Origin: Candidatus Latescibacterota bacterium | GTDB taxonomy: Bacteria > Latescibacterota > UBA2968 > UBA8231 | NCBI GenBank assembly: GCA_965200315.1 | Contig: OZ241362.1 | Coordinates: 3,040,001 to 3,104,000 of the forward strand | Direction: 5' to 3' | DNA: 64,000 nucleotides | Notes under the pieces: generated by a model | Seen by the model: the letters and a program-made list of their open reading frames with translations, nothing else | Told to the model about the DNA's origin: nothing | The model's database searches: none | Position numbers and translations under genes: made by a program | Shown here: positions 40,969 through 50,480 of the stretch, piece after piece | How positions within the stretch are numbered: the first letter of the stretch is position 1 | Layout: each line of letters begins with the position of its first letter

Positions 40969-41943
40969 TTAGACGTGGCGCTCGGCAAAAGGGGTCCAGC
41001 CGCGGCCGGGCTTGTGGACGGGGGTCTGTTCGTAGCGGGTGCGGATTTTCTTGAATTCGGCGATGTCGGTGACTTCGCGCGCTGGGTTTTGCGCGTCTTT
41101 GATGACAAAGTCCCCCTCCGTAGGCAAGCAGGCCATGGTGACAGGGTCGCGTTCTGGGTCGAAGTCTTTGGGGTCTTCGTCAATGTTGTTCGGAACTTTG
41201 GCATCTTGATAGCGGAGATCGACGCTCCAGCGGACGATGTCGGTGTTGTTCTCAAAAGAGGCGTGCGGGGTGAGATTGGTCATAAAGAGCACCGAACCAG
41301 CGCGCATTGGGCAGGCCACCGGCTCGGGGGCTGGCAGGTCTTCGCGGGCGATTTCGAGATACCCGCCTCGCCCGCCGGTGTAGTGGCGATAGACGCCGCT
41401 GCGGTGCGATTGGGGGAGGACGTACAGGCAGCCGTTTTCAATGGTGGCATCGACGAGGGGAATCCAGCAGGTCACGATCAGACTCCCGTCGCAGTGAGGC
41501 ATGAAGTAGCCCGAGTCTTGGTGCCAAGGCACGGCACCACGCGAGTAGCCGGGGGCCTTGGGGCGGATGCGGTACACGGACGAGCCAATGATGTCGGGTC
41601 CGACGAGGCTTTCGATGCAGGAGACGAGCGGCGGGTGGCGCAAAAAGCTGAGAATGGCCTGTTCTTTGAAGCCGCCGCCGCCGTGCCCCATGATCGCTCG
41701 GGTCACGCGCTCGCCGACTTCGACATTGGCTTTGAAAAGGGCACCGAGCCGGGTTTCAAAGGGTTCGGCGGCAAAGGTTTCCGCGCCGAGTAGCCCTTCT
41801 TCTTGCAGAGTGGCACACGTCTGGTCAATGACGGCGGTGAGGCCGTCTTTGAGGAGTTGGAGATCGGCTTGGGAGTAGATGTCTTCTTTGACTACGTAGC
41901 CGAGGTCGTGGAATTGCTGGCGTTCGGCAGTGTTTAGGCCCAT
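40969..41943 (-). CDS. PhyH-family dioxygenase
   Basis: FHDLGYVV, WHQD, NGCLYVLP, TPHAS, RWSVDLRY. Confidence 0.92.
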   Translation of the reverse strand: MGLNTAERQQFHDLGYVVKEDIYSQADLQLLKDGLTAVIDQTCATLQEEGLLGAETFAAEPFETRLGALFKANVEVGERVTRAIMGHGGGGFKEQAILSFLRHPPLVSCIESLVGPDIIGSSVYRIRPKAPGYSRGAVPWHQDSGYFMPHCDGSLIVTCWIPLVDATIENGCLYVLPQSHRSGVYRHYTGGRGGYLEIAREDLPAPEPVACPMRAGSVLFMTNLTPHASFENNTDIVRWSVDLRYQDAKVPNNIDEDPKDFDPERDPVTMACLPTEGDFVIKDAQNPAREVTDIAEFKKIRTRYEQTPVHKPGRGWTPFAERHV

Positions 41944-41992
41944 GAAGTGCTCCGGGTAAAAGGGTCATCAAAGGGTATTTCCTCTGTCCGCG

Positions 41993-43210
41993 CTAGTCAA
42001 TGGCGTCTCGGAGCAGTATTTTCCTCGCGGCTTCATTCTCGGATGCGAACAGAAATGCTGCGGCGCTGTCGAGGTGTGTGGTCGCCCGCTCGTCCGCCGC
42101 TGCTTGCTGGCGAAGCTGGTATAACGCGATGGGCAGCCGCAGGTCTTCTCGGTTGTAGGGAAAGGTCTTACCGGCTTGCTTTTTGCGGTAGTTCTGCAAC
42201 GCTTCAAGATAGCGATAGCCGAATTCTATCGTCGGCTCGATTATGGTGCCCTCGCCGTAATCGTTCCAAGTGATGATCTGGATCAGCGATGCGTGCGCTC
42301 CGGCGAGTTCTAACGTTTCCCCGAAAACTGCTCCCTCTTGGTCGTCGAGGTAGCCGTAGCTTGCGCGCACACCGGCTTCCTCGTAGATGTCGTGGAACTT
42401 GGGAAACGCCGTGCCAACGCCGCCTCGCTCGTAGAGCTGGCTTAGGTAGGTGCGCCAAGCGGCAGCAGGCACGACGCGACCGTCGTGTACTGGAGGCCAG
42501 CCGAATACTCCGTCGGCCTCTTCCTGTAGTGAGTTCAGGGTGTAGAAGTGCGGAGGTTGCGGCAAGCCCGAAAACAGCTCCTTCCACTGCGCTCCTTTGA
42601 AGTACTGAGGACCGAATACGAACAGCAGGGGCCGGCCGGCGATCTTGGCGTATTCGTCGGCGACAAACCAGTGCTCCTGCATCCAACGCAAGACGTTCTG
42701 GCCGTGGCTAAGGGCTTGGCTCTCGCGGAGAATCCCATCGTCGACGAGGTGCTTTGCCGATTGGTCTTCGTAACATATTGCGAAGCTCAATCCGGCCTTT
42801 TTGATGTATGTGATTAAGTGGTCTGTATTGCGATGGATCGCGGCGTAATCGTAGTGATCTTTAATGCCGTACCAGTCGATGATTGCGCCATCGATGCCCG
42901 CGAATTTCATAAGCAATACATGACATTCTAAGGCGTGTGGGTCGTTTGAATCGTATGGCCCGATCAGTGGGTAGTAATGAGAGGCTATGTCGCGGCGGCC
43001 ATCGTCGGCGATGGTGTCGGGATCAAAGTGATTCATGGTCCAATGCCAGCCCCATTCGCCGCTGATCGGCTCCGACGCGTACCAAGGCATGTAGTGGACC
43101 ATTATTCGGGGGCTTGCCGCAGACAGCGGCTGAATGTTCGGGTCAACGAGGCTTTTGCCGCAGGAATGCAGCGACACACAGCACAGGGCGATGAGTGGGA
43201 GGCGTTTCAC
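41993..43210 (-). CDS. GH99/GH71-like glycoside hydrolase, probable lipoprotein
   Basis: Signal ending LHSC, HYMPWY, YPLIGPYDSND, TWNDYGEGTIIEP. Confidence 0.85.
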   Translation of the reverse strand: MKRLPLIALCCVSLHSCGKSLVDPNIQPLSAASPRIMVHYMPWYASEPISGEWGWHWTMNHFDPDTIADDGRRDIASHYYPLIGPYDSNDPHALECHVLLMKFAGIDGAIIDWYGIKDHYDYAAIHRNTDHLITYIKKAGLSFAICYEDQSAKHLVDDGILRESQALSHGQNVLRWMQEHWFVADEYAKIAGRPLLFVFGPQYFKGAQWKELFSGLPQPPHFYTLNSLQEEADGVFGWPPVHDGRVVPAAAWRTYLSQLYERGGVGTAFPKFHDIYEEAGVRASYGYLDDQEGAVFGETLELAGAHASLIQIITWNDYGEGTIIEPTIEFGYRYLEALQNYRKKQAGKTFPYNREDLRLPIALYQLRQQAAADERATTHLDSAAAFLFASENEAARKILLRDAID

Positions 43211-43215
43211 TTAAT

Positions 43216-46164
43216 TCAGGGTTTAGGATTTTGGGGGCTGGCCTCAATGCGGAAGATGGCTTGGGTGTTTTCGTCGCTAGTCAAGTAGAGGTGTCCGGCG
43301 TCGTCCGTAGTCAGCCCAACCGGCTTACCCCACACATTAGCGGCGTTAAAAGAGAAAAAACCGAATAACCCACCCAATCCGGTACCCCCGTTGTCCTCGC
43401 TGGAATCGAGCCGGAAGCCGGTGAGAAAATCGGCGACGCGGGCGTTGGACCCATCCGGCTCGGCAAAGAGCACCATGACCTTGTAGCCGGGATCGTTGCC
43501 CAAAGCTCCAGCGCGGCAGGCGACGAACGCGGCGTGTTTGTACTGAGGGGGAAACTGGTCGTGCGTGTAGAAATGCAGCGCCATGGGGGCCAAGTGGGCG
43601 GGAATGAGGACGGCTGGAGTATCCATGTTGGCAACCAACAGCGAATCGGCAGCGGTCAGCGGGAAGATAGACCTTCCGTAAGAGGAAAAATCGGTCCAGA
43701 CTTTGTCCCCGTACGCCAACGGCCAGCCATAGAAGCCGCCGTCGCGGAGCGGGGTGATCCACTCCGGCGGCAGGTTTGGACCCTCGCGATCGTGCCCAGT
43801 GTTGGCAGCCCAGAGTTCGCCGGTGACGGGGTGCAGGTCGAGGCCGATGGCATTGCGCAGCCCTGAAGCAAAGATCCGCCGACCTGTGCCGTCGGTGTTC
43901 ATCTGCATGACGGTGGACCGCTCCGGGTCATCTTCGCGGCAGATGTCGCAACCTGAGCCAATGTGGAAGTAGAGCTTGTCGTTGGACTCGTCGAAAACCA
44001 GCGTATGGGTTACGTGCTCAACGGCACGACCCATGAAACCGGGCACCTCGGCGAAGACGGCGCGCTCCTCGTAAAAGCCGTCCGAATCCCGGTCTTCGAG
44101 GCGGTAAATGGCATCGTCGTCTGCGACAAAGAGCGCCCCCTTGTAGAAGGCGATGCTGTGGGGCCAGTTGAGGTCATCAACCGCTTTGTACACAGTGTCG
44201 GCGCGGCCGTCGCCGTCTTTGTCGGGCAGGGCTAACACGGTGCCTTGGCGGCCGGGGACCGGGGTCCAAGTACCCCGAGGCTTCATATTGGCCACGTGTA
44301 AGACTCCTTGGTCGTCCCATGCCATGAAGCGGGCTTTATCTACTTGGTCGGAGAAGAGTTTGACCTTAAAGCCGGGGGGAAGATTGAGCGTGTGATCGGG
44401 GAGTCCCTCAACAGGGGTTGGTTCGAGGTGGAGATCGATCTTGGGCGTTAAGCGGATCTGACTGGGCGGGTCCTCGCCTTGGAGGGTGGCGAGATACTCG
44501 TCGAATCCTTCGCGCGAGCCGTGCCGGCGCTCGTACAGCGCGGCTAGGGCCGCTTGGCAGGGGTTGGGGCCCCAGCTTCGGATTTCGAGGCCAGCGAGAT
44601 AGGCGTCCGCTGCCTTGTCGAGCCAAGTGTCGGCTGCCTCGGCCTCGGTCGCCAGATGCTCGAACACCTGGCCTAAGTGATAGTGGGCACGGGTGTTTCT
44701 TGCCCAGAACTCCAGCGCCCGCTCGAGCTCGTCGCGGCCTTCCTCGACGCGACCCGCTTTGTAGAGTGCCCACCCGAGGGCGTCGTGGACGAGGCCCAAG
44801 TAGTAGTCTGGCCGCTCCGCTTCGGCACTATCGAGCGTGGTCTGTATGAGACCCCGAGCGATTGCGGCCGTCTCCTCGGCGTACGGCGTGTGGTCGATCA
44901 TCAAGATAAGGGCACTGTACGTTAGGTGCGGGATGATGGACTGCTCGTACTGGATCAATTCGCGCACCGCCTCGGCGAGTTCCTCGGCCGGAACCGGGTT
45001 CATGGCGCTTAGGGAACTAAAGAGCGCTCGGTACGGCCGCTCGCGGAAGCTATCGTCGTAGAGAGGTTTTTCGAGAAACCGATAGGCCGCGTCGCAGATG
45101 AGGCGAAGCTGATTTTGGTACTCCGGCGCGTCGCGACCGATGCGCTCCAACTCGGACTGCAATTGTCGGTGCTCCCGTTGGAACTTCTCTTGGTGGAGCC
45201 GCGACGCATGTCGGCCCGCAGGAGCCTGCGCCAGCAGCTTGGCCTCGAACGCCGCCGCCTGCTCTTCGTCCCCGAGTACGTTCCTATAAGCCGTGGTGAG
45301 CAGGGCGAGGCCGCGCACGGTCTCCGGAACGGCCTGCCGATACGCGGCGATGCTGGCCTCAATGGCGGTGCGTCGCTCGTCGGCCGGGAGCTGATCCGTC
45401 TCGTTGAGAATCTGCCAATGCAAGTAGCGCACATCCGCGGAGCTTGGGGAGAGGCACACGGCCTCTTCGATCAGTGGGTGCGCCTCCTGAGGCTTGTTGG
45501 ACCGGTATAGCTGTTGCGCGGCACTAAAGTAGCCGCTGACGTGGTCGGGCCAACGCGCTCGAAGCATGGCTAAGGTAGCGAGGCTCGTATCCGCATAGGC
45601 GGGATCCTCTAGCTGGTACTGTGCCCAGTACTCGAATTCCGCACGGGCGTGGAGGACTTCGGGATGCTGGCGGGTCGCCGCGTCTAGTGAGTCCAGAAAT
45701 GCCATCCCTGCTTCCGCGTTTCTGAACCGAAGCACCTGAAGATGTGCTGCGGCGAACTCGGGCTGGGGTAGCAACCTCCAAGCGCGCAGGCTGGACTCGG
45801 CCGCTTCGTCGGAATAGTGCCAGTCTGTCAAAAACGCGAGTGCTTGCGCGTAGAGCCCCCACGGGTTGTCCGGCTCTCGTTTCAAGACCGCGTCTGCTTG
45901 CTCTTGGATCTCTCGGCGTCCGTACAACTGCCCGTGTAGCTGACGTGCGTAGAGTGCCCGCAGCTCGGCGTCCTCTGGCGCGCGGCGCGTCCATTCACGG
46001 CCGAGTACGGCTCCCTCCTCAAACGTCCACAACCGATTGTGCTCGCGCAGTTCGGCTTTCGCCGCTTTTAGCTCTTGGGGCGAGTAGTGTTGCTCGGTTT
46101 CGTTTGCGGTGCAGACGCAGACGCTCAACATCAATCCGATGAGACTGCCGATCAAAGACTTCAT
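43216..46164 (-). CDS. Secreted TPR protein fused to PQQ-dependent sugar (sorbosone) dehydrogenase domain
   Basis: Signal peptide, TPR helices, then LPPGFKVKLF, DKDGDGRAD, GSGCDIC, ASGLRNAIG, GGFYGWP, GKPVG. Confidence 0.82.
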   Translation of the reverse strand: MKSLIGSLIGLMLSVCVCTANETEQHYSPQELKAAKAELREHNRLWTFEEGAVLGREWTRRAPEDAELRALYARQLHGQLYGRREIQEQADAVLKREPDNPWGLYAQALAFLTDWHYSDEAAESSLRAWRLLPQPEFAAAHLQVLRFRNAEAGMAFLDSLDAATRQHPEVLHARAEFEYWAQYQLEDPAYADTSLATLAMLRARWPDHVSGYFSAAQQLYRSNKPQEAHPLIEEAVCLSPSSADVRYLHWQILNETDQLPADERRTAIEASIAAYRQAVPETVRGLALLTTAYRNVLGDEEQAAAFEAKLLAQAPAGRHASRLHQEKFQREHRQLQSELERIGRDAPEYQNQLRLICDAAYRFLEKPLYDDSFRERPYRALFSSLSAMNPVPAEELAEAVRELIQYEQSIIPHLTYSALILMIDHTPYAEETAAIARGLIQTTLDSAEAERPDYYLGLVHDALGWALYKAGRVEEGRDELERALEFWARNTRAHYHLGQVFEHLATEAEAADTWLDKAADAYLAGLEIRSWGPNPCQAALAALYERRHGSREGFDEYLATLQGEDPPSQIRLTPKIDLHLEPTPVEGLPDHTLNLPPGFKVKLFSDQVDKARFMAWDDQGVLHVANMKPRGTWTPVPGRQGTVLALPDKDGDGRADTVYKAVDDLNWPHSIAFYKGALFVADDDAIYRLEDRDSDGFYEERAVFAEVPGFMGRAVEHVTHTLVFDESNDKLYFHIGSGCDICREDDPERSTVMQMNTDGTGRRIFASGLRNAIGLDLHPVTGELWAANTGHDREGPNLPPEWITPLRDGGFYGWPLAYGDKVWTDFSSYGRSIFPLTAADSLLVANMDTPAVLIPAHLAPMALHFYTHDQFPPQYKHAAFVACRAGALGNDPGYKVMVLFAEPDGSNARVADFLTGFRLDSSEDNGGTGLGGLFGFFSFNAANVWGKPVGLTTDDAGHLYLTSDENTQAIFRIEASPQNPKP

Positions 46165-46388
46165 AGGGCAAACACCTTTAGAAAGGGTTTTGAGAAGGCT
46201 CTTCCCGGAGGCGCTGCGTGAGTAGGCTGGACAGACATGGAAACTCCGGTGGTTTGAGGTGCTGCTATTCAAACATAAGGAATCGGGATTTTGACGTTCA
46301 AATTCAACTAACAGTAACGCGGCTAGGCTAATGGCGGGAGATCTACGCGGCCCTTGACAGAGAGTGATGGTATTTTTTTGCTATCAGT

Positions 46389-46619
46389 ATGAAATCACTA
46401 CATATCAGAGACGTAGATCCCAACACTCTGGCTGCCCTGAAACGGCTGGCTAAGAGCCACCGTCGCTCGCTCCAGGGAGAGCTGCATACAATACTGGAGC
46501 GGGCCGCTCGCACCGCACCGCCCGAGCAGCCAGATGCGATATCTTGGATTACGGTGGAGACCGGCCGAGCCACATCGACGTGGTCTCGAAGCGAGATTTA
46601 CGATGACGACGGCAGGTGA
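46389..46619 (+). CDS. FitA-like ribbon-helix-helix antitoxin
   Basis: LHIRDVD..LKRLAKSHRRSLQGELHTILERA; WSRSEIYDD tail. Confidence 0.85.
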   Translation: MKSLHIRDVDPNTLAALKRLAKSHRRSLQGELHTILERAARTAPPEQPDAISWITVETGRATSTWSRSEIYDDDGR

Positions 46620-47061
46620 GGTCCTGTTCGCCGACACCAACGTGTTCTTGGCGGCCACAGACCGTTCACGCAGGCACCACACCGAGGCTCGGGAACTATT
46701 GCAAGCGGCAGGAGAAGGCAAAGCGATTCTGGCCATCAGCGGTCAGATAATCCGCGAGTACCTAGTGGTCGCCACGCGTCCTGTCGAAGTCAATGGTCTC
46801 GGTTTGGCCGTGGAAGACGCGCTGAAGAACATTGACGTTTTCACTCGTCCGCCTTTCCTGTTCTGCGAGGAGTCAGAGAGAGTGGCCCACCGCCTGCGGG
46901 ACCTCGTGCAGACGCATCGCCTGACGGGCAAGCGCGTCCACGACGGCAACATCGTGGCGACCATGATCGCGGAGGGGATTGATCGTTTGATCACCGAGAA
47001 TCCGGGGGACTTTGCCTCTTTCAAAGAGATCGAAGCCATCGGGCTGACATTTACGAGGTAG
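46603..47061 (+). CDS. PIN-domain (VapC) toxin
   Basis: FADTNVF, QIIREY, VHDGNIVATM, ITENPGDF. Confidence 0.9.
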   Translation: MTTAGEVLFADTNVFLAATDRSRRHHTEARELLQAAGEGKAILAISGQIIREYLVVATRPVEVNGLGLAVEDALKNIDVFTRPPFLFCEESERVAHRLRDLVQTHRLTGKRVHDGNIVATMIAEGIDRLITENPGDFASFKEIEAIGLTFTR

Positions 47062-47140
47062 CGTTTGGTCGTTTCAGCCCGTACTTGTGCAGGCGGTGCC
47101 GCAGCCTCTCTGGGCCGATGCCCAACAACCGAGCCGCCCC

Positions 47141-47485
47141 TCACGGGCCATAGATCCGCGAGTTGGTGACTTCGAGGGCCGCTAAAATGCGCTGCTTTTC
47201 GTCCTCATCTTTGGCATCCCCGGCGAAGCCTTGTTCAACAGGCAGGGCAAGTTCCGCCTCGGCAGCCTGAAACGCGGCACATCCACCACCTGAATGACGG
47301 CCCTGTCGCCCAACACGACCGCCTGCTGGACTTACGTGCTCCAACGAACGTGCCGAATAACAGCCGTCCGTAAGCAAATGGCCAGCCATAGAAGCCGCGT
47401 TGATCTTGTTAGATATCTTCCACCTGCATCCCGGCCAACCCGTCGAAAACCGTGTATTGCTGTCCGAGGATGTGATCAAATAGTT
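47141..47485 (-). pseudogene. Deleted remnant of a propeller-sensor/sigma54-type regulator
   Basis: YTVFDGLAGMQVEDI*QDQRG (Reg_prop-like) and EKQRILAALEVTNSRIYGP (Fis HTH-like) within about 350 nt. Confidence 0.5.
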
Positions 47486-47534
47486 TTTCTTCCCTAATAG
47501 GGAATCAGTATTGAACGGGGCGCAGACGCGAGAC

Positions 47535-48557
47535 CTACGAGGGCGTCGGCGCGTCTTCCCGCAACAGTCCTTCCGCCTTTAGCTCGGCCCACAGGTCCGT
47601 TGGTATTTCGTACTGAAACCACTGTGCGTTGGTTTCGATGTGGGCCGGCGTCTGTGCCCCCGGTATAATCGCTGCGACGAGAGGATTCCCGAGCGGGAAC
47701 TGCATGGCGGCGGCGGGCAAGGGCACGTCGTGCCGCTGGCAGACAGCTTGGATGCGGCGGGTCTTTTCGAGGATTTCGGGCGAGGCAGTGTCATAGGCGT
47801 AGCGGGCACCTTCAACCGGGCCGGCGGCGAGGATGCCGGAAGCGAAAACCGCGCCGATGACGATGCGCACGTCGCGCTCCTCGCAGAGCGGGAACTCCTC
47901 GTCGAGGGAGTCTTGGTCCAAGAGCGTGTAGGGCATGGCGACGATGCAGAAGTCGAGGTCGGCCGCGTCGAGCAGGCGCGGCATGGCCCCCATGCGGTTG
48001 AGGCCCGCGCCGACGGCCTTGACTAGCCCTTGGGAACGGAGTTCGTCGAGCGCGCGCCAGCCGCTGGTGATTAGGTGGTTGACGTGGGCGGAGAAGCGCT
48101 GCTCGCTGTCGTGGAAGAAGCTGTCGAGGTCGTGGATTAGAAGCAGGTCAATGGCGTTGAGGCTCAGCCGCTGCAAGCTATCTTCCCACGAGCGCATAAT
48201 GCCGTCGTACCCATAGTCGAAGCGGAAGTCGAAGGGCAGGCCGCCGATCCAGAAGCCCTTCTCGAAAGAATCGAGATCGCGGGTGGCCGTGAGCACTCGG
48301 CCGACCTTGGTCGAGAGCACGAAGTCGCCGCGCTCCTGCTGGCGGAGAAAGTAGCCGAGGCGGTGTTCGCTTTTGCCGTAGCCGTAGAACGGGGCCGTGT
48401 CGTAGTAGCGGATGCCGGCGTTCCAAGCCGCTTGCAGGGTGTCTTGAGCTTGGGGTTCGCTGACGGGATCGAAAAGCTCACCTAAAGGAGCGCCGCCAAA
48501 GCCGAGCGTGCTTAGCTCGACGCCGGTGCGCAAAGCGCGCGTGGGGATAGTGGACAT
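47535..48557 (-). CDS. Aldo/keto reductase
   Basis: LGFGGAPLG, YDTAPFYG, LSTKVGR, LLIHD. Confidence 0.93.
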   Translation of the reverse strand: MSTIPTRALRTGVELSTLGFGGAPLGELFDPVSEPQAQDTLQAAWNAGIRYYDTAPFYGYGKSEHRLGYFLRQQERGDFVLSTKVGRVLTATRDLDSFEKGFWIGGLPFDFRFDYGYDGIMRSWEDSLQRLSLNAIDLLLIHDLDSFFHDSEQRFSAHVNHLITSGWRALDELRSQGLVKAVGAGLNRMGAMPRLLDAADLDFCIVAMPYTLLDQDSLDEEFPLCEERDVRIVIGAVFASGILAAGPVEGARYAYDTASPEILEKTRRIQAVCQRHDVPLPAAAMQFPLGNPLVAAIIPGAQTPAHIETNAQWFQYEIPTDLWAELKAEGLLREDAPTPS

Positions 48558-48810
48558 AGGATGCTTCCTTTCGTTTGTAGGTTGCTACCGTTATATCTTT
48601 TTACTGACCGTGCGGCCGGAGGGAGAAGCGTTGTAGTGTCTGTTGGGCAACGATGAAACGGTTGGAGGATAAAGCATTGCAGAGGCTAGACAGACGATAT
48701 TCCAGTTCAGTTTGCCGTAACCGAGGCACGTATGCGCTCGACTAAAAGGACATTGACTAAGGTTTCAACCGACGCGCCTTGTGCCTCGGCATTCTGCATG
48801 AGTTCTTCCG

Positions 48811-49074
48811 CTATTTCAGGAAGAATAGCAACGCGATTGCTCGTTTCTCACGGTTAGTCATACTCCGGGCAGTTATAGGCTCATAGACAGTGTCTTTGAT
48901 ATGCTCCAATACGACAAATAAGTACCGCCCGTCTGATGTCTGTCCATAGGGAAGATAGCGATTGCGTCCCTGACGGCGCGCTGAGTGAACTTCCCAGACT
49001 TCATCTGGCTCCACGCCGGGTCGAGCAATATGTTAAATGTGATAATCGTCCCAATCCAATCTGCTGATATACGT
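48811..49074 (-). pseudogene. BrnT-family toxin pseudogene
   Basis: LDWDDYHI*HIA..GVEPDEVWEV..GQTSDGRYLFVV..ITARSMT.REK. Confidence 0.75.
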
Positions 49075-49114
49075 GTTCACCCGAACCAATTTTTATACTA
49101 TCTGACTTCGCTGA

Positions 49115-50479
49115 CTAGAAACGGCCGTGATGCGATTCGGCTGGCGCTCGGTACTCCACTTTGAGGTGGGGCGTTTTGAGCCGCTTGTAGCCCTTCACTT
49201 TGGAGGTCAGACAGCTTTCGAGTGCGCCGCTGACGATTAGGGTGCGCTCGGCGGGAAAGGGTGCTTGGCCGGTCTCGATCATTTCCCAGATCTTGGCCAC
49301 CAGACAGGCCGAGTACGTGACGTTGGGCGTCGGCGGCAAGAAAAATTGGGTCGAGATGGGATCGTCTTCGCCAGCTATCTTGCAGGCGAAGCAGTAGTCG
49401 CGGATGGCACCGTTGAGCATCAGGAGGGTCGTCTTAAGGCCGTCGTTGTGCTCGATGAAGTACGCGGCCGGCTCTTTGACGAGTTGGGGCAATTCGCCGT
49501 TGCCGAGCAGGTCTTGGGTGCGGCCGTCCTCGTCGGTTTTGCCGCAAGGAGAGTCGCTGCGCGAGAGGGCGGATTCGAGCAGTTTTAGCGAATAGCGCCC
49601 TTCCTCACCCGCCTTCCACACATCGTCTCCCTCGATCAATTGCACGGATTTAACGCCGGTCTCGCCGCCTGAGCGCCGCTCAATCATGCACTGCATGGCT
49701 TCTAGCGCGTGGTAATCCATGGGGTCAGAGCCGCCGACGCCGACCATCAGCGCCTCTTCGATCTGGCAACCCAAGGGCAGCTCGACATCGGGCAGACGCC
49801 AAGTGACCGGTAGCGACGAACCGGCGAGAATCGGGAAGCCGAGCCGGTGGCCGTCGTCGACCATTTCTCGCGCCTTGTCAAAGCTGTAGGAGAGGTGCTT
49901 GTCGTTGTAGATGGGCGCGGTGCGGCCGTCTTGTTCAAAGACCTTGACGCATTCTTTGAAAAACTCGTAGCGCGGGTACAGAACCTGTCCTTTGTCGTTT
50001 CTGGGGTACTCGCCGTGCTCGCCGATGATCAGCACTGCGTCGCAAGCTAGTTCGTCGCCGCCGCAGCGCAGGGCCTCGGCGATGGTGGGGTACACGGCGA
50101 AGCCGAATTCGCGCGCCCGGTCTTGGCTTTGGTCGCCTTCGGGACGCTGATCGACGTAGAGCGAGACGATTTTGCAGTCGGGGCGGTGCCAGCGGCCGCC
50201 GTAGGGATAACCGACTAAAAAGCGGTCGGCAAAGTGCTGAGCGTGCGAGAGGTAGCGATAGATGGTAGCGATGACGGCGATGCGTTTGGGCTGAGAGGCT
50301 GCGCCCGGGCTTGGCAAGCCCCCGCTCCGGCCCAGATCTTCGACTTGGGTAGTGACGGGCGTCTGTGGTGGGTCTTGGGTGCGGACCGGCTGACTCTGCG
50401 TCTGGCGTTCGGGTTCGAGGGTTCCCGCGGTGGCCGATCCGAACAGAGAGTGGAACCGCTGTTTTCCGCGACGGGCCAT
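49115..50479 (-). CDS. Conserved hypothetical protein (Rossmann-like), paralog of next gene
   Basis: SHAQH..DRFL.GY, SLYVDQRPEGD, GEHG.Y, NDKHLS, AGSSLPVTWR. Confidence 0.8.
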   Translation of the reverse strand: MARRGKQRFHSLFGSATAGTLEPERQTQSQPVRTQDPPQTPVTTQVEDLGRSGGLPSPGAASQPKRIAVIATIYRYLSHAQHFADRFLVGYPYGGRWHRPDCKIVSLYVDQRPEGDQSQDRAREFGFAVYPTIAEALRCGGDELACDAVLIIGEHGEYPRNDKGQVLYPRYEFFKECVKVFEQDGRTAPIYNDKHLSYSFDKAREMVDDGHRLGFPILAGSSLPVTWRLPDVELPLGCQIEEALMVGVGGSDPMDYHALEAMQCMIERRSGGETGVKSVQLIEGDDVWKAGEEGRYSLKLLESALSRSDSPCGKTDEDGRTQDLLGNGELPQLVKEPAAYFIEHNDGLKTTLLMLNGAIRDYCFACKIAGEDDPISTQFFLPPTPNVTYSACLVAKIWEMIETGQAPFPAERTLIVSGALESCLTSKVKGYKRLKTPHLKVEYRAPAESHHGRF

Positions 50480-50480
50480 T

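Noticed and set aside
40975-41793. 272-aa plus-strand ORF
   Set aside because: Antisense shadow of a PhyH gene.
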